IMG/VR virus record: IMGVR_UViG_3300025093_000018
Location: 16,991 to 80,990 of that record
Length of the DNA: 64,000 nt
Direction: 5' to 3' (one strand)
DNA from: a virus
A program made the position numbers and the translations under genes. The first letter of the stretch is position 1, and each line of letters begins with the position of its first letter. Positions 31,825 through 38,808 of the stretch are shown here, one piece after another. The notes under the pieces were generated by a model. The model was not told the origin of the DNA and did not search any database. It worked only from the letters and a program-made list of their open reading frames with translations.

Positions 31825-31897
31825 TTACCCCGCTAGGACTCGAACCCAGATCTGCGGGGCCGTAACCCACTGTTTTATCCAATTAAACTACAAGGCA
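31825..31897 (-). tRNA. tRNA-Arg(ACG)
   Basis: Cloverleaf; anticodon arm GTGGG-TTACGGC-CCCGC; T-loop TTCGAGT. Confidence 0.85.
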
Positions 31898-31903
31898 ATA
31901 TAG

Positions 31904-31974
31904 AGCACCTGGTAGGATTCGAACCTACGTCTGAGGTTTTGCAGACCCCTGCCTAGCCACTCGGCCACAGGTGC
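31904..31974 (-). tRNA. tRNA-Cys(GCA)
   Basis: Acceptor GCACCTG/CAGGTGC; anticodon loop CTGCAAA; U73. Confidence 0.92.
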
Positions 31975-31978
31975 GTAG

Positions 31979-32049
31979 CACGACAGGAAGGATTCGAACC
32001 TTCATGATACGGTTTTGGAGACCGATCAGCACAACCTACGCTCTGAAGT
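31979..32049 (-). tRNA. tRNA-Trp(CCA), two acceptor-stem mismatches
   Basis: Anticodon loop CTCCAAA; T-arm GAAGG/CCTTC; acceptor ACTTCAG/CTGTCGT. Confidence 0.7.
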
Positions 32050-32054
32050 AAATA

Positions 32055-32111
32055 TTGTTATTTATATCCGATTAGTAAGGTTATAAGTGACTAACCAGAT
32101 ATAAATAACAA
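32055..32111. repeat. About 22-bp inverted repeat spacer between tRNA-Leu and tRNA-Trp
   Basis: TTGTTATTTATATCCGATTAGT ... ACTAACCAGATATAAATAACAA; pairs fully with G-U on the minus-strand RNA. Confidence 0.8.
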
Positions 32112-32117
32112 GTTTTG

Positions 32118-32200
32118 TAGCCGGGGCGGGAATCGAACCCGCACGTCCTAGGGACAACGGATTTTAAGTCCGTCGCGTCTACCTGTTCCGCCACCCGGCC
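32118..32200 (-). tRNA. tRNA-Leu(TAA)
   Basis: Anticodon arm ACGGA-CTTAAAA-TCCGT; long variable arm. Confidence 0.92.
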
Positions 32201-32262
32201 ATAGATTATATTTGTTTCATTACCATTCACGTACAGTGAACAGGGACTTTTATTGAACATTG

Positions 32263-32343
32263 TAGCTTCGGTGGGATTCGAACCCACAAACCTCTTGCTT
32301 CTAAGGCAAGGTACTCTTCCATTCGTCTTTACGGCACGAAGCT
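32263..32343 (-). tRNA. tRNA-Leu(TAG), atypical
   Basis: Acceptor AGCTTCG/CGAAGCT; CTTGC-CTTAGAA-GCAAG; short variable loop and enlarged D region. Confidence 0.8.
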
Positions 32344-32348
32344 ATTTG

Positions 32349-32424
32349 TAGCCCTAGAGAGGATCGAACTCTCTTTTCCGCAGTGAAAACGCGACGTCCT
32401 AACCAACAATTAGACGATAGGGCC
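32349..32424 (-). tRNA. tRNA-Glu(TTC)
   Basis: Acceptor GGCCCTA/TAGGGCT; anticodon loop TTTTCAC. Confidence 0.88.
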
Positions 32425-32431
32425 ATAAAAC

Positions 32432-32460
32432 AAAAAACCCCGGTGGTTACCGAGGTTCTT
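32432..32460 (-). terminator. Attenuator terminator of tRNA array 1
   Basis: AAGAACCTCGGT-AACC-ACCGGGGTTTTTT ending about 7 nt before tRNA-Glu. Confidence 0.85.
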
Positions 32461-32500
32461 TAGTGTTTAACTTTAAAACTTTAAATTATGTCAATCAAAT

Positions 32501-32587
32501 TCAAATATCTTTAGCGCATACACCAGAACCTCCGTTGGATTCTTCCAACAGCCATAAACAAAGTTCTAATGTGCGTAATGTTTTCAT
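32501..32587 (-). CDS. Attenuator leader peptide 1, MKTLRTLELCLWLLEESNGGSGVCAKDI
   Basis: Codons 4-16 are L/R/E/C/W in 12 of 13 positions, matching the downstream tRNAs; contains antiterminator ACGGAGGTTCT. Confidence 0.8.
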   Translation of the reverse strand: MKTLRTLELCLWLLEESNGGSGVCAKDI

Positions 32588-32591
32588 ATTG

Positions 32592-32599
32592 CAAATTTA
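32592..32599 (-). promoter_or_regulatory. Bacteroidota -7 promoter TAAATTTG (array 1)
   Basis: TAnnTTTG 4 nt before the leader ATG, implying a near-leaderless transcript. Confidence 0.7.
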
Positions 32600-32626
32600 A
32601 TAATAAAATTTAAAAGTAAAATGGGG

Positions 32627-33073
32627 TTAATCGTAAACTCGAACTTCTATAGTGTGATTTTTATAAAACTCGTTATTTACATAAGTTCCAGCAGAGTTAA
32701 CCATTTCATAATAAATAGTATTTACATCTTCCCAATACGCTAATACGTGACTATTACCATTTTGTGCTGTATTATTATGAAAAACTGCAGTTTTACCTTC
32801 TGTAAATACTCCAGCTAAGGTCATATAATAACCACCTGGGTACCCAGCATAACTCCAAACAGGTGTTCCTCCTAAAGTATTTTCTAATACAGTAGCATCA
32901 GGAGCACTAGTACCTGATTGTGTTAATGTTGCTGTATATACTCTATAGGGTCTTACAGTCTTATTGGCTAAAGCTATAAGTTCCTCTCTAAGTCTATTAA
33001 TATCTTTTACATCTTTACCAGTATGTTGTATATTGGCTTTGATAGAATCTGTAGTATCAGATACTTGTCCCAT
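32627..33073 (-). CDS. Virion-associated protein with VYTATLTQSGTSAP domain
   Basis: YRVYTATLTQSGTSAP..VLENTLG...IEVRVY module recalled from Bacteroidota phage fibre C-termini. Confidence 0.55.
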   Translation of the reverse strand: MGQVSDTTDSIKANIQHTGKDVKDINRLREELIALANKTVRPYRVYTATLTQSGTSAPDATVLENTLGGTPVWSYAGYPGGYYMTLAGVFTEGKTAVFHNNTAQNGNSHVLAYWEDVNTIYYEMVNSAGTYVNNEFYKNHTIEVRVYD

Positions 33074-33099
33074 AATTGATTATTTTTAATTAAATTTTA

Positions 33100-33534
33100 T
33101 TAACTCTTAACTGACCAATCAATTACCATTGCAGCGTCTAATGCGTTAGAAGCGTGAGCATTAAAGATCTTAATAGTAAGGGTATCATCTGTAGGCTCTA
33201 CTTTAGAGATTACAGGCATTCCAGCTCCTGTATAACTAGAGATTACAGCTGTAACAATTGAACCTGTAGTTAGTAAAGTATTAGAAATAGTTAATACAGT
33301 TGCTTCTGTAAGAGCAGCAGTTGATAACGCAGCAGTAGTAGATTTACCAACTGAGTTATTTAATGTAGGTGTTGCACCTGTTGTTGTGTTGTCTGAAGCT
33401 TCACCTGTTAAGTAGTTAGCTACATCAGTCATGAAGTTTCTAAGGGTCGTAGTAAAATCTTTTCTATCTGAATTGTATTGTAAGTCAGCTAAGATTCTAG
33501 TTTTAAGACCCGCGGATCCTGTAATAGTTGCCAT
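33100..33534 (-). CDS. Putative head decoration/fibre protein
   Basis: Ala/Thr-rich beta protein. Confidence 0.45.
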   Translation of the reverse strand: MATITGSAGLKTRILADLQYNSDRKDFTTTLRNFMTDVANYLTGEASDNTTTGATPTLNNSVGKSTTAALSTAALTEATVLTISNTLLTTGSIVTAVISSYTGAGMPVISKVEPTDDTLTIKIFNAHASNALDAAMVIDWSVKS

Positions 33535-33635
33535 AATTTTTTATTTAAAATATTAATTAATATTGTTTATACGACTAAAGAATACAAAAATTTATCGTAA
33601 ATACAAGGTTAATTACAAACTATTTAATTTAAGTA

Positions 33636-35900
33636 TTATTTATAAGGTAATAGATTACTCTTTTTTACTGAGTTTGTTTTAAATTCTGGTAATGTATAAG
33701 CATTTCCAGTCTTTAAATAATCTTGTAACTGGGTAAACTTCTCTTTAATCTTGGTATCTTTTAAATATACTTCTCTAGCTTTAGGCCAATATCTAGCCTT
33801 TTCAAACTCTTCTTCAGTTCCTTCAAACATTAATCCCCTGATCTGTCCATCTATCCAATTCTCTTTAAACTGCTCTTTACCATCTCCCTCTCCATAATCT
33901 TCCTTAGACATTTCCCAATCACGCTCAAAATCTCCTTTATGTTTTTCCAAGAAAGCATCCTCAAATTCTTTTCTATGTTTTTTGTACACTTTATCACTAG
34001 TCATACCATGCATCATATCTAACATGATAGACTGCTCGTTGTTAGTTTTAGGGTCATAGACTATACCATGAGTACCAGGTTTAGGGTGATCATATGAATA
34101 TCCACTATAATAAGTTACTTTTTCTCGTCCTTCTTTAGGACTGAAATACTCTATACTACCAACACCAGTCTTATCTCTTGTGAACTCTGGGTCAGATTTT
34201 ATAGTAACTTCACCCATGTTTTTAAATGCTGGATATTTATTATAGATGTTATCAAGCATTACCCCACCTTGTTGATACTTCAATAACACTCCTCCATTCC
34301 TTTTTGATTGTATTGATACAGCTCCAGATACTCCCACCAAAGGTGTTGTAGTGTAAACAGCATTTAAAAACTGTTTTAGGTCTTTTTTATCTAAATTCAC
34401 TACTAAATTAGTAATATCATTTGGTAAATCTCCTCCTATTCTACTGCTAGATTTTAATTGATCAATGGCTGCATCAGATATATCCCCACCACTCCATAAG
34501 CCCTTTTCTTTTAGATAGGATAGAGCTCTAACACCTCTAACTTGTTGTTCTGGTTTTTTATTTAAATATTCTATTGTACGAATAACTTGTGGATTATCAG
34601 ATTGTTGTCGTATAGTTTTAAAAGGTATCCCTTTCATACTATAGTCAATATTATACGTATTTGAGGCGTGTATAAATTCATGGTTAGCTATATTACTTAA
34701 CTCCTTATTATTAACGTTTTTATCTATACCTAACCAAACATGCGGGTTTTCATCTATAGTAGAAGAAAATCCTAACTGTCTAGTATCTACCCCGGTCATA
34801 TCTTTATACGTAACTTCAGTTTTATTTAACTTATGTAAAGCTATTGCTCTAGCTCTCTTAGCATCAGCCTTACTTTCTTTGGCTACAGACATTCTACGTT
34901 TTAACCATTCATCTGATTTTAACCAATTTTCTTGTTCTTTAAATGCTTTTTGTACTACCTCCAAATTCTTCTTACTTGGTATCACAGTAGGTGTGTTTAA
35001 TAAATCTTTCTTTTTATATAATTGCTTATTTATAATATGTTGTTGTTTATCTTTTGGAGACTTTTTAACTATTTCCCAAAACTCTCTATCTTTTGATGTT
35101 AATAATTTAATTTTATCATTTGATAATTTTAATATATCATCAACTGACTTAATATTATTAGTATTTGTATTTAAAGCGTCATATACATTTTTTACACTAC
35201 CATCCTGATTATAATGTATAGTTCTCTTTGTATCTATCTTTGCTTTACCTTCTGGGGATAAAAAAGAATTAAATATTTCCTCTTCTTTACTATAAATCGG
35301 TTTCTTTTTAGATAAATAAGGTTCTAATTTAGGGTCAAGAGTTGTTTTATTTAGTTTAGGATATATAACTGTTCCTTTATATACTTTAGGTGAAGGGGAT
35401 TTTCTTAGTAATCCTAAACCACTCTTACTTACAGGTTTAACATACTTACCAAGTTTAAGAGTATGCGCTGCTGCACCTATTTCTGGGGCTACAGCAATTA
35501 CATCTAAAGCTTGATCAACACCTTCCCAATAAGGGCTCTTAGTGATAGGATTTACATAAGACATTTGAGCGTACATAGCTGAACCTGGGTTTGCGTACAT
35601 AGTTAAATCTGCGGCAGTCTTCGCGGTACCTTTTGCTGTCCCTACAGGGTCATCTATAATTCTTGTCATAGAATTAAACGGTGTTATATCACCTAAAAAA
35701 TTCATAACACTATGACCTATTTGATCTAATTCTTCAGTTGTAGACTTAGATTTAACTGTAAATTCTGATAAATCAGGTGCCTGATAAACATCTGTTTTAG
35801 GGTTATACTTAGTTACGGTACCTTTTTTATAAGCTTTTTTATAATCAGAAGTTCCGTATTTAATCCCGCCACCTTTTTGGTATTTTAATAATATACCCAT
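33636..35900 (-). CDS. Multidomain protein with zincin HExxH motif and KYQxGG motifs (putative virion cargo)
   Basis: NHEFIHA...PEQQVR; MGILLKYQKGGG and GGVLLKYQQGG. Confidence 0.55.
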   Translation of the reverse strand: MGILLKYQKGGGIKYGTSDYKKAYKKGTVTKYNPKTDVYQAPDLSEFTVKSKSTTEELDQIGHSVMNFLGDITPFNSMTRIIDDPVGTAKGTAKTAADLTMYANPGSAMYAQMSYVNPITKSPYWEGVDQALDVIAVAPEIGAAAHTLKLGKYVKPVSKSGLGLLRKSPSPKVYKGTVIYPKLNKTTLDPKLEPYLSKKKPIYSKEEEIFNSFLSPEGKAKIDTKRTIHYNQDGSVKNVYDALNTNTNNIKSVDDILKLSNDKIKLLTSKDREFWEIVKKSPKDKQQHIINKQLYKKKDLLNTPTVIPSKKNLEVVQKAFKEQENWLKSDEWLKRRMSVAKESKADAKRARAIALHKLNKTEVTYKDMTGVDTRQLGFSSTIDENPHVWLGIDKNVNNKELSNIANHEFIHASNTYNIDYSMKGIPFKTIRQQSDNPQVIRTIEYLNKKPEQQVRGVRALSYLKEKGLWSGGDISDAAIDQLKSSSRIGGDLPNDITNLVVNLDKKDLKQFLNAVYTTTPLVGVSGAVSIQSKRNGGVLLKYQQGGVMLDNIYNKYPAFKNMGEVTIKSDPEFTRDKTGVGSIEYFSPKEGREKVTYYSGYSYDHPKPGTHGIVYDPKTNNEQSIMLDMMHGMTSDKVYKKHRKEFEDAFLEKHKGDFERDWEMSKEDYGEGDGKEQFKENWIDGQIRGLMFEGTEEEFEKARYWPKAREVYLKDTKIKEKFTQLQDYLKTGNAYTLPEFKTNSVKKSNLLPYK

Positions 35901-35938
35901 ATCTAGGTAATGTACAAAAAATTATTAAAAATATAAAG

Positions 35939-36012
35939 TACTCCCGGTAGGATTCGAACCTGGAACCGTCCCCTTAGAAGGGGGATGCTCTATCCAGTTG
36001 AGCTACGGGGCC
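35939..36012 (-). tRNA. tRNA-Arg(TCT), apparently chimeric 3' end
   Basis: Canonical D and anticodon arms (TCCCC-CTTCTAA-GGGGA); T-stem CCAGG/CCTAC and acceptor GGCCCCG/CGGGAGT each carry two mismatches. Confidence 0.7.
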
Positions 36013-36016
36013 AAAT

Positions 36017-36049
36017 AAAAAAGCCCCGGAACTTTGTAGTCCGAGGCTT
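36017..36049 (-). terminator. Attenuator terminator of tRNA locus 2
   Basis: AAGCCTCGGA-loop-TCCGGGGCTTTTTT just before tRNA-Arg. Confidence 0.85.
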
Positions 36050-36074
36050 CCTGTTATATATGAATTATTCTTAC

Positions 36075-36167
36075 TTACATATTTACAAATACAGATAGCC
36101 GCGGACTCCGTCTCGAATCGACAGTTCCGTTACTCTTAATGCCTGTATTTATAATTATTGCTTGCAT
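36075..36167 (-). CDS. Attenuator leader peptide 2, MQAIIINTGIKSNGTVDSRRSPRLSVFVNM
   Basis: Preceded by promoter-like TATATTG; contains AGTCCGCGGCT complementary (10/11) to terminator 5' arm AGCCTCGGACT. Confidence 0.75.
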   Translation of the reverse strand: MQAIIINTGIKSNGTVDSRRSPRLSVFVNM

Positions 36168-36199
36168 GTTGATTGCAATATAAATATTAAATTTTAAAC

Positions 36200-36799
36200 C
36201 TAAAAGGTCTTAGAATAATTTTTTAGCTTTTCTTTATCAGAACTTGAAAATTTAGATGAGTAGGTTAGGTTACCTTCTTCGCTCATTATATAATCCTCTG
36301 TACCACTATGGTATAAACCAAATAGATGTCCAAACTCATGTATAATAACCCTTGAACAATCCTTATTCGAATCCTGAAGACTGAGATCTACAAGGGCTAC
36401 AGCCTTTAAAGTACCTATACAGTTAGTATGAGCTGCTCCTATAACATCTTCGTCACTTCTACCTGTAATATACAAACTTATATCGGCCCAATTATTAGTT
36501 AACCTTTTAATAGAGGCTATTACAGAAAGATACGGGTTATAATCACTACCTCCATATGTAAAGGTAGAAATTTTAAAGTGGATGCCTACTTGAGCATATA
36601 CATTATTAACGTGGATCATAATCTCTTTAAGATCACTATAAGTTTTACTGGATGTGGTATCTACAAAGATATTTACGTTATAATGTTGGGTAGCTACTAA
36701 CTCCTGCGCATTAGATTTCAACACAGGATCAATTTTATATTGCCCTAGTAATGTAAAGCTGCAAACAAATAAGGCTAAAAATAATAAAAGTTTTTTCAT
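36200..36799 (-). CDS. Secreted metzincin (M12/reprolysin-like) zinc metalloprotease
   Basis: Signal peptide; HEFGHLFGLYH; Met-turn YIMS. Confidence 0.85.
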   Translation of the reverse strand: MKKLLLFLALFVCSFTLLGQYKIDPVLKSNAQELVATQHYNVNIFVDTTSSKTYSDLKEIMIHVNNVYAQVGIHFKISTFTYGGSDYNPYLSVIASIKRLTNNWADISLYITGRSDEDVIGAAHTNCIGTLKAVALVDLSLQDSNKDCSRVIIHEFGHLFGLYHSGTEDYIMSEEGNLTYSSKFSSSDKEKLKNYSKTF

Positions 36800-36869
36800 A
36801 ATTTAAATCATATTTACATTCTCATAGTACTAAGGTAACACTTTTTATTTGAATAAAAAAGTGTAATTG

Positions 36870-36940
36870 TTACCAGGAGAGGATTCGAACCTCTACCTTC
36901 TGGACCAAAACCAGACGTCCTGCCATTAGACCACCCGGCA
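36870..36940 (-). tRNA. tRNA-Gln(TTG)
   Basis: TCTGG-TTTTGGT-CCAGA; U1-A72 acceptor. Confidence 0.9.
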
Positions 36941-36946
36941 ATTTTG

Positions 36947-37019
36947 TGGACGAGGGCGGATTCGAACCACCGACGCTAGGCTCTTCAGGCCCACGCTCTA
37001 CCAACTGAGCTACTCGTCC
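36947..37019 (-). tRNA. tRNA-Phe(GAA)
   Basis: GGACGAG/CTCGTCC; anticodon loop CTGAAGA. Confidence 0.92.
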
Positions 37020-37025
37020 AGTTTA

Positions 37026-37114
37026 GGGTGTACGATGGGATTCGAACCCATGACGTGTCACTAACCGTACCGGGACCACAACCCAGCGCCTTCGACCGCT
37101 TGGCTACGCACACC
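37026..37114 (-). tRNA. tRNA-His(GTG) with unusually long variable region
   Basis: G-1/C73; CTGGG-TTGTGGT-CCCGG; about 18-nt variable region. Confidence 0.85.
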
Positions 37115-37120
37115 ATGTAG

Positions 37121-37202
37121 TGGGACCGGGAGGACTCGAACCTCCAAGCCGTTAGGACCCGGGTTACAACCGGGGACGCTACCAATTACGCTCTACGTTC
37201 CC
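37121..37202 (-). tRNA. tRNA-Tyr(GTA)
   Basis: CCCGG-TTGTAAC-CCGGG; long variable arm. Confidence 0.87.
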
Positions 37203-37318
37203 ATATTATATACGATCACATATAATCCCCGATATATCAGGTAATTTTATAATATTATACCCGCTATAGCATGGTTTTATATGTTTTACATATATTATAC
37301 CCTAATAGGTATAATTTG

Positions 37319-37392
37319 TGGAGCTACCGGGATTCGAACCCGGAACCTCTTCCGTGCAAAGGAAGCGCTCTTCCAGTTAGAGCTACAGCCCC
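37319..37392 (-). tRNA. tRNA-Ala(TGC)
   Basis: GGGGCTG/TAGCTCC with G3-U70; anticodon loop TTTGCAC. Confidence 0.93.
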
Positions 37393-37397
37393 ATATG

Positions 37398-37471
37398 TAG
37401 CGGGGGCGAGATTCGAACTCGCGTCCTTCGGGTTATGAGCCCGACGTCCTAGACCCCTAGACCACCCCGCT
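37398..37471 (-). tRNA. tRNA-Met(CAT), initiator-like anticodon stem
   Basis: TCGGG-CTCATAA-CCCGA with three G-C pairs. Confidence 0.88.
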
Positions 37472-37474
37472 AAG

Positions 37475-37547
37475 TCGAGTGAGCTGGATTCGAACCAGCG
37501 AATTCGTGCTCCCAAAGCACGCCCGTATAGCCTCTGCGTACCACTCG
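37475..37547 (-). tRNA. tRNA-Pro(TGG)
   Basis: CGAGTGG/TCACTCG; CGTGC-TTTGGGA-GCACG. Confidence 0.85.
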
Positions 37548-37556
37548 ATATAATAC

Positions 37557-37587
37557 AAAAAGCCCGAACTCTTTAAGAATCCGGGCT
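37557..37587 (-). terminator. Attenuator terminator of tRNA array 3
   Basis: AGCCCGGATTCT-TAA-AGAGTTCGGGCTTTTT ending about 10 nt before tRNA-Pro. Confidence 0.85.
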
Positions 37588-37614
37588 AATCAGCTTAGTA
37601 TATGTATGATCACA

Positions 37615-37692
37615 TTATAACACACTAATATCACCCAGAGAGCTAAAGGCCATCGGCTGAAAATAAAATGCGTTATGTTGTGTTTTTCTCAT
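37615..37692 (-). CDS. Attenuator leader peptide 3, MRKTQHNAFYFQPMAFSSLGDISVL
   Basis: Codons 5-16 are Q/H/A/F/Y/P/M in 11 of 12 positions, exactly the seven downstream tRNA specificities. Confidence 0.82.
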   Translation of the reverse strand: MRKTQHNAFYFQPMAFSSLGDISVL

Positions 37693-37725
37693 TGAAGTTA
37701 TTTCTTCGTTTTGTTTATCGTACTG

Positions 37726-37733
37726 CAAATATA
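37726..37733 (-). promoter_or_regulatory. Bacteroidota -7 promoter TATATTTG (array 3)
   Basis: Exact TAnnTTTG upstream of leader 3. Confidence 0.7.
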
Positions 37734-37772
37734 AATATATGTTTTTAATCTACAAGGTACTAAATAAAAATT

Positions 37773-38504
37773 TTAAATATCTGTTACATCAGGTAATGCT
37801 TTATATGTCTTCAATTCTTCTTCAGCCTTTAATCTAAGCTGTCTCTCCTTCAACCCCATAGATTTCCATTTGGCCTCACTTTGTACAGCTCTAGAGTACT
37901 CGTATTCGGCTTCATCTATTACTACAGCATAGATATTTATTGTGTCTTCATCAGATACATGGCCTAACGATTTAAGCTTTTTAGCTAAATCATTTAAAGC
38001 TTTATTTGTAAAACCACAGGGCTTGACTCTGTTACTTTTTGCATCATTAAATTCTATCTCCTTGCCTGTTTTTACCGTATAGATGTATAGTTGTCCTATC
38101 ATTAACTTCTCTTCCCAGGTAAGATTCTTTGAATTAAGAAAAGCACTGGGGATCTTCATCACATCTCTATAACTACTGCTTACTCTATACTTGCCATTAG
38201 ATATCTTCCCAAGGACACCGAGTTCTTCAAGATCTTTAAAAGCTCTTTTGATCGTACTAAGTGATGCTCCAGTAATTTCCGCTATCTCAGACCTATTAGG
38301 CAATGTTAAGGTATTTGATCTCGAATCATAAACACCTATTGTTTTAAGTATGGCTAGTACCATTAATTGTTTTGGATAATTAATAAAACCATCAGGTAAT
38401 GTTACATACCCTCCGGTTCTTAATGTGGCTTTCATACCACCAACCCCTTTAAAGGTTACAGGACTTCCGTCGTCCTTTAGTGCATTAAACTTCTTCATTT
38501 CCAT
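37773..38504 (-). CDS. Winged-HTH DNA-binding protein, RepL-like replication initiator candidate
   Basis: RSEIAEITGASLSTIKRAFKDLEELGVL..GKYRV wHTH plus a second HTH-like segment; TATATTTG immediately upstream; adjacent direct repeats. Confidence 0.6.
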   Translation of the reverse strand: MEMKKFNALKDDGSPVTFKGVGGMKATLRTGGYVTLPDGFINYPKQLMVLAILKTIGVYDSRSNTLTLPNRSEIAEITGASLSTIKRAFKDLEELGVLGKISNGKYRVSSSYRDVMKIPSAFLNSKNLTWEEKLMIGQLYIYTVKTGKEIEFNDAKSNRVKPCGFTNKALNDLAKKLKSLGHVSDEDTINIYAVVIDEAEYEYSRAVQSEAKWKSMGLKERQLRLKAEEELKTYKALPDVTDI

Positions 38505-38550
38505 AATGCAAATATAAGGAAAATTAATGAATTAAAAAAGGTTCATTTTA

Positions 38551-38775
38551 AAAAGGGTCAGATTTCCTCACCCGTCTTTAAAGGGCTAGAGAGCTTTTAG
38601 TAGTTTTAGTATGGTTCATTTAGGTGTTTTTCGGTAGTTTTTCGGTAAAATTTCGGAAAAAGGGTCAGATTTCCCCCAAAAAGGGTCAGATTTCCTCAAT
38701 GATTTTTGGTAAAATTTTTGGGGTTAAATAGTTGAAAATAAAAACGTTAAAAAGAAAAAGGGTCAGATTTCCTCA
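38551..38775. repeat. Four direct repeats AAAAGGGTCAGATTTCC(TCA), iteron-like
   Basis: Copies at 38551, 38658, 38679 and 38756, plus TTTCGG and GGTTCATTT sub-repeats. Confidence 0.85.
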
Positions 38776-38808
38776 TCTTTTTAACGCTATTATATATTAA
38801 GGATTATT

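Noticed and set aside
361-35208. Short + strand ORFs (361, 9014, 15447, 15461, 16588, 23073, 23113, 25498, 27424, 29633, 30366, 34879) and nested 1703-1900
   Set aside because: Antisense or out-of-frame shadows of long structural genes
31780-37320. Theta (HDV-like) ribozymes at tRNA 3' trailers
   Set aside because: The trailers inspected are short or simple hairpins without the nested double-pseudoknot pattern
32081-37515. Track ORFs 32081-32287, 36985-37185 and 37324-37515
   Set aside because: They overlap tRNA genes and are translation artefacts
32425-37740. T-box riboswitches as the regulators of the tRNA arrays
   Set aside because: No T-box bulge sequence (TGGNACCGCG) seen; codon-matched ORFs explain the leaders better
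38551-38775. CRISPR mini-array
   Set aside because: Repeats are only 17-20 bp with irregular gaps (about 4 to 87 nt), and no cas genes are present
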